NCBI GenBank assembly: GCA_965208105.1
Contig: OZ242318.1
Coordinates: 1,344,001 to 1,408,000 of the forward strand
DNA length: 64,000 nt
Origin: Candidatus Latescibacterota bacterium
Lineage (GTDB): Bacteria; Latescibacterota; UBA2968; UBA8231
Direction: 5' to 3'
Positions within the stretch are counted from its first letter, which is position 1. Each line of letters begins with the position of its first letter. This document shows, piece by piece, positions 32,507 through 44,385 of this stretch. A model generated the notes under the pieces. That model searched no databases and was not told where the DNA came from. It worked only from the letters and a program-made list of their open reading frames with translations. The translations under genes were made by a program, and so were the position numbers.

Positions 32507-33115
32507 TTGCAGGTCTCCACGGCAATCCTGGCGGGGGGCCTGAGCCGCCGCATGGGCCGTGAGAAGGCCTTCCTCGAGCTCGGTGCCTCCACCCTGATCG
32601 AGCGCGTGATCGCCGCCGCCGCTCCCCTGACCTCGGACTGGATGGTGATCGCCCCGGGTACCGATACCTTCACCCGTCTCAACCTCCCCATCCACCCTGA
32701 TCTGCGCCCCAATCTCGGCCCTCTCGGCGGACTTCATACCGCCCTCAAACGGGCTGCCCATCCCCTGGTTCTGCTTCTGGCCTGCGACCTGCCCTTTCTG
32801 ACGGCGGATTTCCTGCGCTTCATGGTGGATCACCTCGGTTCTCACCAGGCACTCGTTCCCAGAAACGCCAACGGCCTCCAGCCCTTGTGCGCCCTCTACA
32901 CCCGCTCCTGCCTTCCCGCCGTCGAAGCGGCCATCCAGCGCCGGGAACTCCACATGCCGTCATTCCACCCCGACGTGGACCTCCGCATCCTGGAGCCGGG
33001 CGAATGGCGGCCTTTCGATTTCCACCAGCTCCTCTTCACCAACATCAATACTCCGGCGCAGTACCGGCGCGCCCGTCAATTGGTGGAGCAGGAGCTCGAT
33101 GAGGACCGGGGGTAG
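32507..33115 (+). CDS. mobA: Molybdenum cofactor guanylyltransferase-like NTP transferase
   Basis: LAGGLSRRMGREKA, GPLGGL, LACDLP and NINTP motifs; TTG start after AGGAGG. Confidence 0.85.
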   Translation: MQVSTAILAGGLSRRMGREKAFLELGASTLIERVIAAAAPLTSDWMVIAPGTDTFTRLNLPIHPDLRPNLGPLGGLHTALKRAAHPLVLLLACDLPFLTADFLRFMVDHLGSHQALVPRNANGLQPLCALYTRSCLPAVEAAIQRRELHMPSFHPDVDLRILEPGEWRPFDFHQLLFTNINTPAQYRRARQLVEQELDEDRG

Positions 33116-33189
33116 GAGCCTTTGTTCCCGGCCCCCGCTGGAATGGTGGGAAAGCAGCTAGGAGCTGGGCGCGCAATCGGCGTAGGAAC

Positions 33190-33322
33190 GAGGGCGGCTG
33201 GCGCCAGGCTCGCAAGGCGCCTGAGCGAGTCGCAGCGGTGGTGTACGGCGAGTGAAGGCAACGCCGTGAGCGGGGATGGACCGGCGGAAGAATGGCGGCA
33301 TATCTCTGCGGAGGGACGCTAG
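33190..33322. mobile_element. MITE-like palindromic element, copy A (one end degenerate)
   Basis: About 120 bp closely similar to the reverse complement of 36363-36490. Ends TATCTCTGCGGAGGGACGCTAG, whose CTA is the cyoE stop codon. Confidence 0.7.
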
Positions 33323-34182
33323 AACCCGGCGTCCAGCACGCTCAGGAGCAGCAGCAGGGGAAGATAGACCACGGAGACCTTCAGCAGGCGCTGGGCCTCG
33401 AGATTCGCCCTGGACAGGGCGAGGGCGATCCCGGCGGCAAGCATTCCCAGTCCCATGATCACCGCCCCCCACAGGTAGATCGGTCCCGACATCCCCAGGA
33501 AAGTCGGCAGGGTGGACACGAGAATCAGCAACAGGGAAAAGCCGATGATCTGACGGCATGTGCGCCGGCCATTGGCCTCGATCACGGGCAGCATCTTGAA
33601 GCCGCCGCGGCGGTAATCCTCCTTGAAAATCCAGGCAATCGCGAAGAAGTGCGGATGCTGCCAGGCGAAAAGGATCAGGAAGAGGACCCAGGCACCCGTC
33701 TCGAGTCCGCCGGTAGCGGCGCTCCAGCCTCCCATGGGGGGGAGAGCCCCGGGTATGGCCCCCAGGGAGGTGTTGAGCCACGTCATCCTCTTCATGGGGG
33801 TGTAGATCACGACGTACAGGAAGGCCGACAGCAGAGCCAGGAAAGCGGTGAGCAGATTGGTCTTCACGAGGAGGATAAAAACCCCGGCCAGCACCAGGCA
33901 CAGCCCATAGGACATGGCTCCGGAAGGCCTTATGAGGCCGGCGGGAAGCGGCCGGTGGCGGGTGCGCTCCATGAGGCGGTCCACGTCGCGCTCGAGAAAA
34001 TGGTTGAGCACGGACGCGCCTCCGGCGGCGCAGGCCGTCCCCAGCATCGTGTAAAACAACAGGGACCAGGAATGGATGCCCTCGCCACCCCAGAAGAACC
34101 CCAGGGCGGCGGTGCACAGCACAAGGGCCGTGATCCTGGGTTTGGTCAACTCCAGATATACAGACGGCGAGGTCAATTTCAC
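33319..34182 (-). CDS. cyoE: Protoheme IX farnesyltransferase (heme O synthase)
   Basis: [29 protein letters not shown] and WQHPHF motifs. Confidence 0.93.
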   Translation of the reverse strand: MKLTSPSVYLELTKPRITALVLCTAALGFFWGGEGIHSWSLLFYTMLGTACAAGGASVLNHFLERDVDRLMERTRHRPLPAGLIRPSGAMSYGLCLVLAGVFILLVKTNLLTAFLALLSAFLYVVIYTPMKRMTWLNTSLGAIPGALPPMGGWSAATGGLETGAWVLFLILFAWQHPHFFAIAWIFKEDYRRGGFKMLPVIEANGRRTCRQIIGFSLLLILVSTLPTFLGMSGPIYLWGAVIMGLGMLAAGIALALSRANLEAQRLLKVSVVYLPLLLLLSVLDAGF

Positions 34183-34286
34183 TCCATCAGCCAGACGGCA
34201 GGCGATTGTCTATTTCCGCTGAGAAGATAGGGGAGGATACCCCGAATGTCCACTATTGGCGCGGTCATTCCCCTGGATGGAATTGT

Positions 34287-36530
<2,244 letters not shown>

Positions 36531-36577
36531 TCGGTTACTACTCCAGGCAGGGTGGATGCGGAAGAGTCGGGTAAACT

Positions 36578-36886
36578 CTACTCCGACAATTTTTCTTCGA
36601 TCGCGCTTTTCCCTTCTTCCAGGGCGTCCCCTCCGTACTTCCTGACCTGCTCTCCGGCCTTCCTCAACAATTCCGCACCCTGCTCGCGCAACAAATCCGC
36701 CTTGGCGCGCCATTCCTCCTCCGCCGCCCTGTTTGTAAAGTAAAGCCCGACGAGAAAAAGAAGACCCAGCCAGAAGGCCAGACGCAACAGTTTCCTGATT
36801 ATGCTGCCCAGGATGAGCCCCACCAGGAGGGCAAGCCCCAGGGCGATGAGAGGATGAGCCTGGAAGTATGCAATCAGGGGATCCAT
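36578..36886 (-). CDS. Small hypothetical membrane protein
   Basis: Two hydrophobic helices followed by a charged amphipathic tail; directly downstream of the enolase-like gene. Confidence 0.7.
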   Translation of the reverse strand: MDPLIAYFQAHPLIALGLALLVGLILGSIIRKLLRLAFWLGLLFLVGLYFTNRAAEEEWRAKADLLREQGAELLRKAGEQVRKYGGDALEEGKSAIEEKLSE

Positions 36887-36889
36887 AAG

Positions 36890-38329
36890 CTACTCCAGAG
36901 AGGAGAACTCCCATTCCTCCAGCGGCACCATGGAATCCAGGTCGGGAGCCACTCCCACCCCCAGACCGGGCATTTGCAGGGACCCCAACTCGATTCGGCC
37001 GCGCCTGATGTCCAGGACCAGGGAATCTCCCCGCTGGCGGTACAGCCCTTCGTGCCGGAGCCGGCAGCCCCGGCGTTCGGAAGAGGAGAGGTGATCCAGT
37101 CCGCGCACGTAGTGATGCCCGTTGCGCTCGGCGTGGGGGATACCAAGGGCTGCCAGATGAACGAGATCCTGATGCAGGGCCACGATGGGCAGATTCATCA
37201 GGTCTTCACCGGTGAGAAAGTAGCCCCCCCCAAAATGCCGTGCCAGGGCCTGGTTTGTCAGGGCCTTGAGCACCCCCTTGCAGTTCTTGGATGAAACCCC
37301 CAGATATCCCAAGCCGACGGCCGCCTTGAACACCCCCAGATCTTCGTCGGACTCGTCGATCACCATGGGCTTGCGCGCTGATGCCGAGCGAATCCCCGCT
37401 TCCAGGGCCGGGTCCAGGGCGGCGGCGCGGTCCAGGGGCTGCTCGATGTAGATGATGCTGGAGTAGAAGCGATCCAGGACCCGGTCCTCCTGCATGCGCC
37501 CCATCAACTCCAGGAAAGTCTCCATTTCCCTGTACTGTTCGTTGCCGTCCAGGGACACGTGATACGGCACCTCGGTCCTGTCCAGCAGTTCGGCTATGCG
37601 GCGCAACCGCTCCAGGTCTCCTTCGAGATCACCATTGACCTTGATCTTGAAATAGGAGATCCCCTGTTCATCGATGTACTCCTCCAGCGACTGGGGCAAG
37701 CCATCGTCCAGGCGCTCCTCCCGGGAGATATCCCCGGTCCGGATCGGGTCGGCCAATCCCACCGTGTGGCGCACGTAGATGCGCCCCAGCGGGTCAGGGG
37801 CAATCACGTCGATGGGCATCACCCCATCCAATTCCGGATGGATCAGGGAGAAATCGACCCCCAGCGTATTTTCCCTGAGCATTTCGTGGTAGGTCTCCCC
37901 CAGCGTCCGACCCACCCCGTCGATGAGGGCCCTTTCCATCAGGGAGCTGCCATGGGCGGAGGTCAGGTGGTTCAAGTGCTGCGCTTCGCCGGCGGCCAGG
38001 GAATCGGCATATCCCCGGCGCCAGATTGCGAATACACTCTTCGACCTCTTTCCCGCTTCTCCGTAGGCGGCCGCCGCGGCGCGGGCGCCCCAGATCAGGT
38101 CCCCCACGTTGCGCTCGTAGTCCTTGGCCGGATCCTTGTCGAACCATTTCGGGGGAAGAATGTCGGCCGCCATGCCCCTGGTCAGGGTCCCGTCATCGAG
38201 CTCCACATCCATCAGGGTATGGAGTATGGGGACGGAGGTAAGGGTGGCCTGCCCGTACTTGAACGGCATGCGGGTGCGCACATTGCGCATGTAGAACCGC
38301 ACGTCCTTGACACTGACTTTAATCGCCAT
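36890..38329 (-). CDS. Enolase-superfamily (mandelate racemase/MLE-like) protein
   Basis: KxK motif (YFKIKV) and metal ligands in LDGNEQ, IEQP and IDES; start MAIKVSV at 38329. Confidence 0.75.
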   Translation of the reverse strand: MAIKVSVKDVRFYMRNVRTRMPFKYGQATLTSVPILHTLMDVELDDGTLTRGMAADILPPKWFDKDPAKDYERNVGDLIWGARAAAAAYGEAGKRSKSVFAIWRRGYADSLAAGEAQHLNHLTSAHGSSLMERALIDGVGRTLGETYHEMLRENTLGVDFSLIHPELDGVMPIDVIAPDPLGRIYVRHTVGLADPIRTGDISREERLDDGLPQSLEEYIDEQGISYFKIKVNGDLEGDLERLRRIAELLDRTEVPYHVSLDGNEQYREMETFLELMGRMQEDRVLDRFYSSIIYIEQPLDRAAALDPALEAGIRSASARKPMVIDESDEDLGVFKAAVGLGYLGVSSKNCKGVLKALTNQALARHFGGGYFLTGEDLMNLPIVALHQDLVHLAALGIPHAERNGHHYVRGLDHLSSSERRGCRLRHEGLYRQRGDSLVLDIRRGRIELGSLQMPGLGVGVAPDLDSMVPLEEWEFSSLE

Positions 38330-38481
38330 GGCTCGACCCTTCTCCCTGAAATGGAACCTCCCCCGGACCAGATGGAGCAACCGCCGGTCCGGACCTTTCC
38401 CCCTGCGCCAAGGGAAGGGCCCCGCTATTCGCGCGACCCCGAAGCACTCCTCTCGCCATCCACCCGACCTGGCCTCGGGTC

Positions 38482-38647
38482 CAGCAGGCCGTTGATAAAG
38501 TTGCTCTGCAGGCGAGGCCGAGTCATGGCGGTCGAAGGCAAGGCGTGCGACCGAGGCGAATCGAGGGGATTCGGGGAGGGAGCGCAACGCCGTATTCGAA
38601 CGACGGGGCCGGCCGCAGCCCGGATGGACTTTTTCAACGGGCTGCTA
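38482..38647. mobile_element. MITE-like palindromic element, copy C (divergent subfamily)
   Basis: 20-bp TIRs CAGCAGGCCGTTGATAAAGT / ACTTTTTCAACGGGCTGCTA (17/20). Internal GCAAGGCG...GCAACGCCG core; the terminal CTA is the argH stop. Confidence 0.75.
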
Positions 38648-40042
38648 TGTTTCCCCTGCTTTCTTCGCGAGCGCGGAGCGCGCTTTCTCCAACTGGTCGC
38701 GAACGGCCTCTGGTCCGGTGCCCCCTTCAATGTTGCGCAGTTCCAGGCTCAAATCGGCCCCCAGGAGTTCCAGCGCCTCCGTTTCGAATACATCGGAGTG
38801 CAGGCGCAGCTCTTCCAGTCCCAGATCGGCCAGGCTGCGGTTAGATTCCGAGGCCTGGCGCACCATTCCGCCGACGATGCGGTGGGCATCCCTGAAGGGA
38901 GTCCCCTTCCTTACCAGGTAGTCCGCCAGGTCCGTCGCCAGGGCATTTGCGCCCAGGGCCCGCGCCATGCGCTCGGGGTGGAGTTCCATGGATTCCCATA
39001 CCGCGGAGAATACATCGAGGCACACCGCCGCGGTCTCGAGGGCATCGAAGCAGGGCTCTTTGTCCTCCTGCATATCCTTGGCATAGGTGAGCGGAAGTCC
39101 TTTCATCGTCGTCAGCAAGGCGATCAAGTCTCCGTACACGCGCCCGGTCTTGCCGCGCACGAGTTCGAGGGAATCGGGATTCTTCTTCTGCGGCATCATG
39201 CTCGAACCGGTGGAGAAAGCATCGGCCAGTTCGACAAAGCCGAACTCCGCCGACGACCAGATGATCAAATCCTCGCAGAACCGGCTCAGGTGCATCATCA
39301 ATATGGAGAGAGCGGCCAGGCATTCGACCAGGAAATCGCGGTCGCTGACCGCATCCAGACTGTTGGGGGACACCCGGCTGAAGCCCAGCTCCCGGGCCAT
39401 GAAGCCGCGGTCCAGGGGAAATGCACTGCCGGCCAGGGCTCCCGCTCCCAGAGGCATCAGGTCGGCCCTCTTCCAGGTATCCCGGAGACGCCCGTCGTCG
39501 CGTTCCAGCATCCAGAACAGCGACAGGGCGTAGTGGCTCCACAAAATGGGCTGGGCCTGCTGCAAGTGGGTATATCCAGGCAGAACCACGTCCATGTGCG
39601 CCTCGGCCGCGGCCACCAGTACCTGCTGAAGGCGGCGCACCCGCAGCCGCACCGCCGCGATCGCCTCGCGCAGGTAGAGGCGCTCGTCCACGTTGACCTG
39701 ATCGTTGCGACTGCGTCCCGTGTGCAGCTTTCCTCCGAGCGGACCGACGAGCTCCACCAGCCGGCTCTCGACTGCCATGTGGATATCCTCGATCCCGGGA
39801 TCGAAACCACCCTCGCCGGCGGCCATCTCTTCCCGCACCTTGTTCAGCCCCTCCACCAGGCGCAGTTCCTCCTCAGGGTCGAGGACGCCGGCTCGATGCA
39901 AGGCCCGGGCGTAGACTATACTGGCCTCGATGTCCACCTCCAGCAGCTTGCAGTCGAACCCGATGGAAGCGTTGAAACGCTGCATCAACTCATCCGTGGC
40001 AGCGCCGAACCGCCCTCCCCATGCCGATTTGTTGATGATCAG
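38645..40042 (-). CDS. argH: Argininosuccinate lyase
   Basis: HTGRSRNDQ, THLQQAQP and GSSMMPQKKNPD motifs. The conserved WGGRF lies upstream of the ORF-track start, so the start is placed at CTG 40042 (or an adjacent ATC). Confidence 0.95.
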   Translation of the reverse strand: MIINKSAWGGRFGAATDELMQRFNASIGFDCKLLEVDIEASIVYARALHRAGVLDPEEELRLVEGLNKVREEMAAGEGGFDPGIEDIHMAVESRLVELVGPLGGKLHTGRSRNDQVNVDERLYLREAIAAVRLRVRRLQQVLVAAAEAHMDVVLPGYTHLQQAQPILWSHYALSLFWMLERDDGRLRDTWKRADLMPLGAGALAGSAFPLDRGFMARELGFSRVSPNSLDAVSDRDFLVECLAALSILMMHLSRFCEDLIIWSSAEFGFVELADAFSTGSSMMPQKKNPDSLELVRGKTGRVYGDLIALLTTMKGLPLTYAKDMQEDKEPCFDALETAAVCLDVFSAVWESMELHPERMARALGANALATDLADYLVRKGTPFRDAHRIVGGMVRQASESNRSLADLGLEELRLHSDVFETEALELLGADLSLELRNIEGGTGPEAVRDQLEKARSALAKKAGET

Positions 40043-41238
40043 TCCACCCCCTGCCGTAAAATCTCTTCAAAGGCGTCCATCACCTCGTCAATGAGACCCC
40101 TGTCCACCACCAGCGGCGGCAGAAACCGCACCACGTCCGGTCCCGCCGTCGCCACCAGAATGCCGCGCTGGCGGAAGGCGGTCAGATAATCCGCTGCCGG
40201 ACGATCAGTCACAGCCCCGCCGATCAGGCCTCGGCCGCGTATCTCGATTATGCGGTCGGGCCAATTTCCCATGATCTCCTGCAGGCGCCCCATCAGGTGC
40301 TCTCCCTTTTCCCTCACTCCCTCGACAAAACCCTCCGCTGTCAGCTTCGAGAAAACGGCCAGAGCCGCGGCGCAGGACACCGGGTTGGCACCGAAGGTCG
40401 CGGCGTGGTCGCCGGCCTCGATGGCATCGGCCACCTGCTGCCGCAGAAGGGCCACACCAATGGGCAGCCCGCCTCCCAGCGCCTTGGCCAGGGTCATTAT
40501 GTCGGGTTCGATCCCGTACTGCTCGTGCGCCCACAGGGAGCCCGTGCGACCCAGCCCCACCTGAATCTCGTCCAAAACCAGCAGCATCTCGCGCTCGTCG
40601 CACAGTGCCCTCAGCCCCTGCATGAACTCCCCGCTGCCCACGTGGATTCCCCCTTCGGCCTGCAGAGGCTCGACCAGAATGGCGCAGGTATCGTCGTTCA
40701 CCTTCCTTTTCACCGAGTCCAGGTCGTTGAAATCCGCAAAGTCGACCCCCGGCAGCATGGGTTCGAATCCCTTGTGGTATTTGGGCTGTCCGGTGGTGGA
40801 TATGGACCCGTAGGTGCGCCCGTGGAAGGAGTTGATCATCGCGATGAACCGGTACTTGGGCTTGTCGAAACGGGAATGGCCCCACTTGCGGCAGAACTTC
40901 AGCGAGGCCTCCCATGCCTCGGTGCCGCTGTTGCAGAAGAATACGCGGTCCGCGAAGGAGTTCTCCACCAGTTGCCTGGCCAGAATCGTCGAAGGCAGAG
41001 TGTGGTACAGGTTGGAAACGTGGATCAACTTTCCGGACTGCTCCGCGATGGCGTTGAGGACATCCCGGTCTCCGTAGCCCAGGGCATTCACCGCGAGTCC
41101 GCTGACGAAATCGAGATAGCGGTTGCCCTCGGTGTCGAAGAGGTAGACCCCATCCCCCCTCTCCAGGGCGAAGGCGGGCCGTCCGTAGGTCTGCAGGATG
41201 TACTGGCCCTCCCAGGATATGATTTCTTCTGTCTTCAT
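40039..41238 (-). CDS. argD: Acetylornithine aminotransferase
   Basis: FHGRT, DEIQVGLGRTG and TLAKALGGG (PLP Lys) motifs. Confidence 0.93.
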   Translation of the reverse strand: MKTEEIISWEGQYILQTYGRPAFALERGDGVYLFDTEGNRYLDFVSGLAVNALGYGDRDVLNAIAEQSGKLIHVSNLYHTLPSTILARQLVENSFADRVFFCNSGTEAWEASLKFCRKWGHSRFDKPKYRFIAMINSFHGRTYGSISTTGQPKYHKGFEPMLPGVDFADFNDLDSVKRKVNDDTCAILVEPLQAEGGIHVGSGEFMQGLRALCDEREMLLVLDEIQVGLGRTGSLWAHEQYGIEPDIMTLAKALGGGLPIGVALLRQQVADAIEAGDHAATFGANPVSCAAALAVFSKLTAEGFVEGVREKGEHLMGRLQEIMGNWPDRIIEIRGRGLIGGAVTDRPAADYLTAFRQRGILVATAGPDVVRFLPPLVVDRGLIDEVMDAFEEILRQGVD

Positions 41239-41251
41239 CTCTTCCTCCCTC

Positions 41252-42133
41252 TCATTGGACGATCTGGGTTCCAATCCCCTCGTCGGTGAAGAACTCCAAC
41301 AGCATGGAGTGCGGTATCCTCCCGTCGACGATGTGGGTCTTGCGCACGCCGGCTCTCACCGACTTGACACAGGCATTTACCTTGGGGATCATGCCGCCTC
41401 CTACAATCCCCGCCCTGGCGAGATCCTCCACCTCCTTCACGTGGACCGAGGAAAGCAAGGTGGCCTCGTCGGCGGGGTCCTTCAATATTCCCTTTACATC
41501 GGTCAGAAAAACAAGTTTTTCAGCCTGAAGTGCCGCGGCGATCTCGCCGGCGGCAGTGTCGGCGTTGACATTGTAGCTCTCCCCTTCCGCACCGCGGCCG
41601 ATGGGAGCTACCACCGGAATCATACCCCTTCCTATCAAATCGAGGAGCGGGGAAGGGTCGATGCGCTCCACCTCGCCCACGTACCCGAGGTCCACCGTCC
41701 CCTCCTCCGTATGGGCAAGGTGCTTGCGGACGTGCATGACCCCTGATTCCTTGGCCGAAACCCCCACCGTTTTACCCCCCAGCTCGTGGATGGCCGCCGC
41801 GATTCCGGCGTTCACCTCGCCGACCAGGACCTCCTCCACCACCTTCATCGTGTCCCTGTCGGTTACCCGCAGGCCGTTCACCCGCTGGCTCCCCATTCCA
41901 AGCTCTTCAAGGCGGCGGCTTATCGCCGGTCCGCCGCCGTGGACCATGACCGGCTTCATGCCGACGCTTTCCATGAATACGATGTCTTTCAGCACCGTGT
42001 CGGCCTGTCCCTGCGCGCTCATCGTGCTGCCTCCGTACTTCACCACCACGACCTTGTCCCGAAACGACTGGATGTAGGGCAGGGCCTCGATGAGGGCCGC
42101 GGCCTTGTCGATGTATTCCTGCAGAGCTTGCAT
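41252..42133 (-). CDS. argB: Acetylglutamate kinase
   Basis: EALPYI, VKYGG, VHGGG, NVNAD and GGMIPK motifs. Confidence 0.95.
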   Translation of the reverse strand: MQALQEYIDKAAALIEALPYIQSFRDKVVVVKYGGSTMSAQGQADTVLKDIVFMESVGMKPVMVHGGGPAISRRLEELGMGSQRVNGLRVTDRDTMKVVEEVLVGEVNAGIAAAIHELGGKTVGVSAKESGVMHVRKHLAHTEEGTVDLGYVGEVERIDPSPLLDLIGRGMIPVVAPIGRGAEGESYNVNADTAAGEIAAALQAEKLVFLTDVKGILKDPADEATLLSSVHVKEVEDLARAGIVGGGMIPKVNACVKSVRAGVRKTHIVDGRIPHSMLLEFFTDEGIGTQIVQ

Positions 42134-42139
42134 AAATTC

Positions 42140-42607
42140 TCAAGAGGCCTCTCCGCGGACCGCGGCAATGCGCTCTACCACGCCGGCGGCCTCGGAACCG
42201 GTCGCCGAGGCGATGAAAATAGTATTCTCTCCGGCGATGGTCCCCGCGATCTCGGACCATCCGATCCGGTCTATTGCCTCGCAAACACTCTGGGCATGGC
42301 CGGAGATCGTGCGGACGACGACCAGGTTCCCGGCCTGCTTCGCTTCCACGAGGTAATCTCTCAATTCGCGCTCGAGGATCTGCCGGTCCCGGGGAGTGAC
42401 CACGGTCTCCGGCAGGGTGTAGCGAAATCCCCCGTCGGGACGGGGAGCCCGTACCACCCCCAACTCGCGCAGATCCTTCGAGAGGGTCGACTGGCTTACG
42501 TCGACATCCTGCTCCTGCAGAGCCGCTGCCAGACCTTCATGGGTTTCGAGAGTTCTGTTTTGAAGCAGTTCCCTGATCTTCGCCTGGCGGACTTGTTTGC
42601 TGCCCAT
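42140..42607 (-). CDS. argR: Arginine repressor
   Basis: QSTLSKDLRELG winged HTH and GTIAGENT arginine-binding motif. Confidence 0.92.
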   Translation of the reverse strand: MGSKQVRQAKIRELLQNRTLETHEGLAAALQEQDVDVSQSTLSKDLRELGVVRAPRPDGGFRYTLPETVVTPRDRQILERELRDYLVEAKQAGNLVVVRTISGHAQSVCEAIDRIGWSEIAGTIAGENTIFIASATGSEAAGVVERIAAVRGEAS

Positions 42608-42608
42608 C

Positions 42609-42673
42609 TATGAATATAAATTCTTTTTATTGAATAATTATTGAAATATACCGCGCGGGGAAACTGCTGTCAA
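42609..42673 (-). promoter_or_regulatory. arg operon promoter with tandem ARG boxes
   Basis: Minus-strand TTGACA(42673-68)-17-TATATT(42650-45). ARG-box-like TATGAATATAAATTCTTT (42609-26) and ATTGAATAATTATTGAAA (42629-46). Confidence 0.8.
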
Positions 42674-42705
42674 GAGTTTATTCGGAGTTGGCTTGCCCTG
42701 GGACC

Positions 42706-43524
42706 TCAAACCCTTTCTTCTTCGGCGGCCGCCACCCTGCTGCCCCTGCCCGAGGCCGTCAGCTCGGCCAGGCGCCGCTTCAATTCCGCCGGGCTCAACC
42801 CCTCGGTCAACACCCCTCCGATGGCAAGGGATATGGCTCTGTTTTCCTCCGAAACCACGACCGTCACCGCATCGGATTCCCGGGAGAGGCCCAGCGCAGC
42901 CCGGTGCCGCATCCCCAGGCGCTTCTCGCCCACCTCCTCGGCCAGGGGCAGCGTACATCGCGCCGCGACAAGGGTTTCCCCGTCGATGACGACGGCCTGG
43001 TCGTGGAGTGGTGACCTAGACGTGAAGATGGTTGTGAGGAGATCCGCCGAGACCCGCGCGTTGAGCGCAACACCGGAGTCGACGATGGTTCTCAATCCCA
43101 CCTCGCGGGTCAGAACGATCAGGGCTCCGTAGCCCAGGCGGGCCAGTTGCTCCGCGCTGGAGGCCACTTCGTCGAAAACGCGGGTCTCCTCGATCTTGTA
43201 GAACCAGCGGAACAATCGGCCCTGTCCGAGGACGCCGAGCACCCGGCGCAACTCGGGCTGAAACAGGATTACCAGGAGAATGAGGAGAATGGAAAGCACC
43301 TGCTCCATCAGCCACATCACCGCTTCCATTTTCAGCAGCGGCGCCACCATCGCCACGGTCACCACGAGGAAGAGCCCCGCCACTATCTGTGCCGCGGGCG
43401 TACCGCGAATCAACCCCAGGACGCGATAGAAGATAAATGCGACGATAAGAATATCGAATACGGAAATTATGGAAACCGGAATGAAGCCGAAGATGTGGAA
43501 CAGGGTGAGTTTGTCCTCGATCAC
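42706..43524 (-). CDS. cdaA: Diadenylate cyclase CdaA (DisA_N domain)
   Basis: Three N-terminal TM helices, LFQPELRR, SPLHDQA, GMRHRAALG and VVSEE motifs. Confidence 0.9.
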   Translation of the reverse strand: MIEDKLTLFHIFGFIPVSIISVFDILIVAFIFYRVLGLIRGTPAAQIVAGLFLVVTVAMVAPLLKMEAVMWLMEQVLSILLILLVILFQPELRRVLGVLGQGRLFRWFYKIEETRVFDEVASSAEQLARLGYGALIVLTREVGLRTIVDSGVALNARVSADLLTTIFTSRSPLHDQAVVIDGETLVAARCTLPLAEEVGEKRLGMRHRAALGLSRESDAVTVVVSEENRAISLAIGGVLTEGLSPAELKRRLAELTASGRGSRVAAAEEERV

Positions 43525-43548
43525 GTCTCTAAGGATCCTTGCAATGTA

Positions 43549-44385
43549 TCAGTCATTGCGACCGGTTATGGCCTCGGCCATGCGCACGGCGCGCACCGTC
43601 TCCCGCACATCGTGCACCCGCAGTATGTGGACACCTCTGGCCACACTGAGAGCGGCAACGGCCAGGCTGCCCTCGAGGCTTTCTTCAGGGGTCAATCCCA
43701 GCAGCTTCCAGATGAAGGACTTGCGCGAGGATCCAAGGAGTACGGGGCATCCCATATCGGACAGGACGTCGAGGTGCTGAATGACGGCGAGGTTGTCCCT
43801 TGGGGACTTGCCGAAACCGATTCCCGGGTCCAGGGCCAATCGATCCCGGGACAGACCTGCGGCCCGGGCGGCGGCAACGCGCTCCGCCAGGAAGCCCTTG
43901 AGTTCACCCAGGAGGTTGGCATAGGGTCCGGGTGCTCGGCCGTGACCATGCATCAGAATTACCGGAGCTGCCCCGGCAGCGGCTACTTCGACCATCCCGG
44001 GGTCGGCGCACAGGGCGCTGATGTCATTGATGACATCGCCCCCGGCGAGCAAGGCCTGCCGAGCCACCTCGGCCTTGGTCGTATCCACCGAGATGGGAAC
44101 CGCGCTGTATCGGCGCATCTCTTCGACCACCGGAACCACGCGTTCGCACTCCTCGGATACACCCACCGGCCGGACCTCGCCGTAGAGGGGAGGACGCGAG
44201 GACTCTCCGCCAACATCGATGATGTCGGCGCCTTCTTCGACCATCTGCAGGCCACGCTCCACCGCGGCCTTGCGCTCATGGTAACGGCCTCCATCGAAAA
44301 AGGAGTCGGGAGTTACGTTGAGAATGCCCATGATCTGCACGCGGGAGTGGAAGTCCATGCTGCGGCTTCCCAGGGTCCAGATCAT
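43549..44385 (-). CDS. folP: Dihydropteroate synthase
   Basis: MGILNVTPDSF, DPGIGFGK, SRKSFI and RVHDV motifs. Confidence 0.95.
   Translation of the reverse strand: MIWTLGSRSMDFHSRVQIMGILNVTPDSFFDGGRYHERKAAVERGLQMVEEGADIIDVGGESSRPPLYGEVRPVGVSEECERVVPVVEEMRRYSAVPISVDTTKAEVARQALLAGGDVINDISALCADPGMVEVAAAGAAPVILMHGHGRAPGPYANLLGELKGFLAERVAAARAAGLSRDRLALDPGIGFGKSPRDNLAVIQHLDVLSDMGCPVLLGSSRKSFIWKLLGLTPEESLEGSLAVAALSVARGVHILRVHDVRETVRAVRMAEAITGRND

Noticed and set aside
33122-33322. Small ORFs containing WCTASEGNAVS at 33122..33322 and 36363..36914
   Set aside because: These are translations of the MITE-like element, not independent genes.
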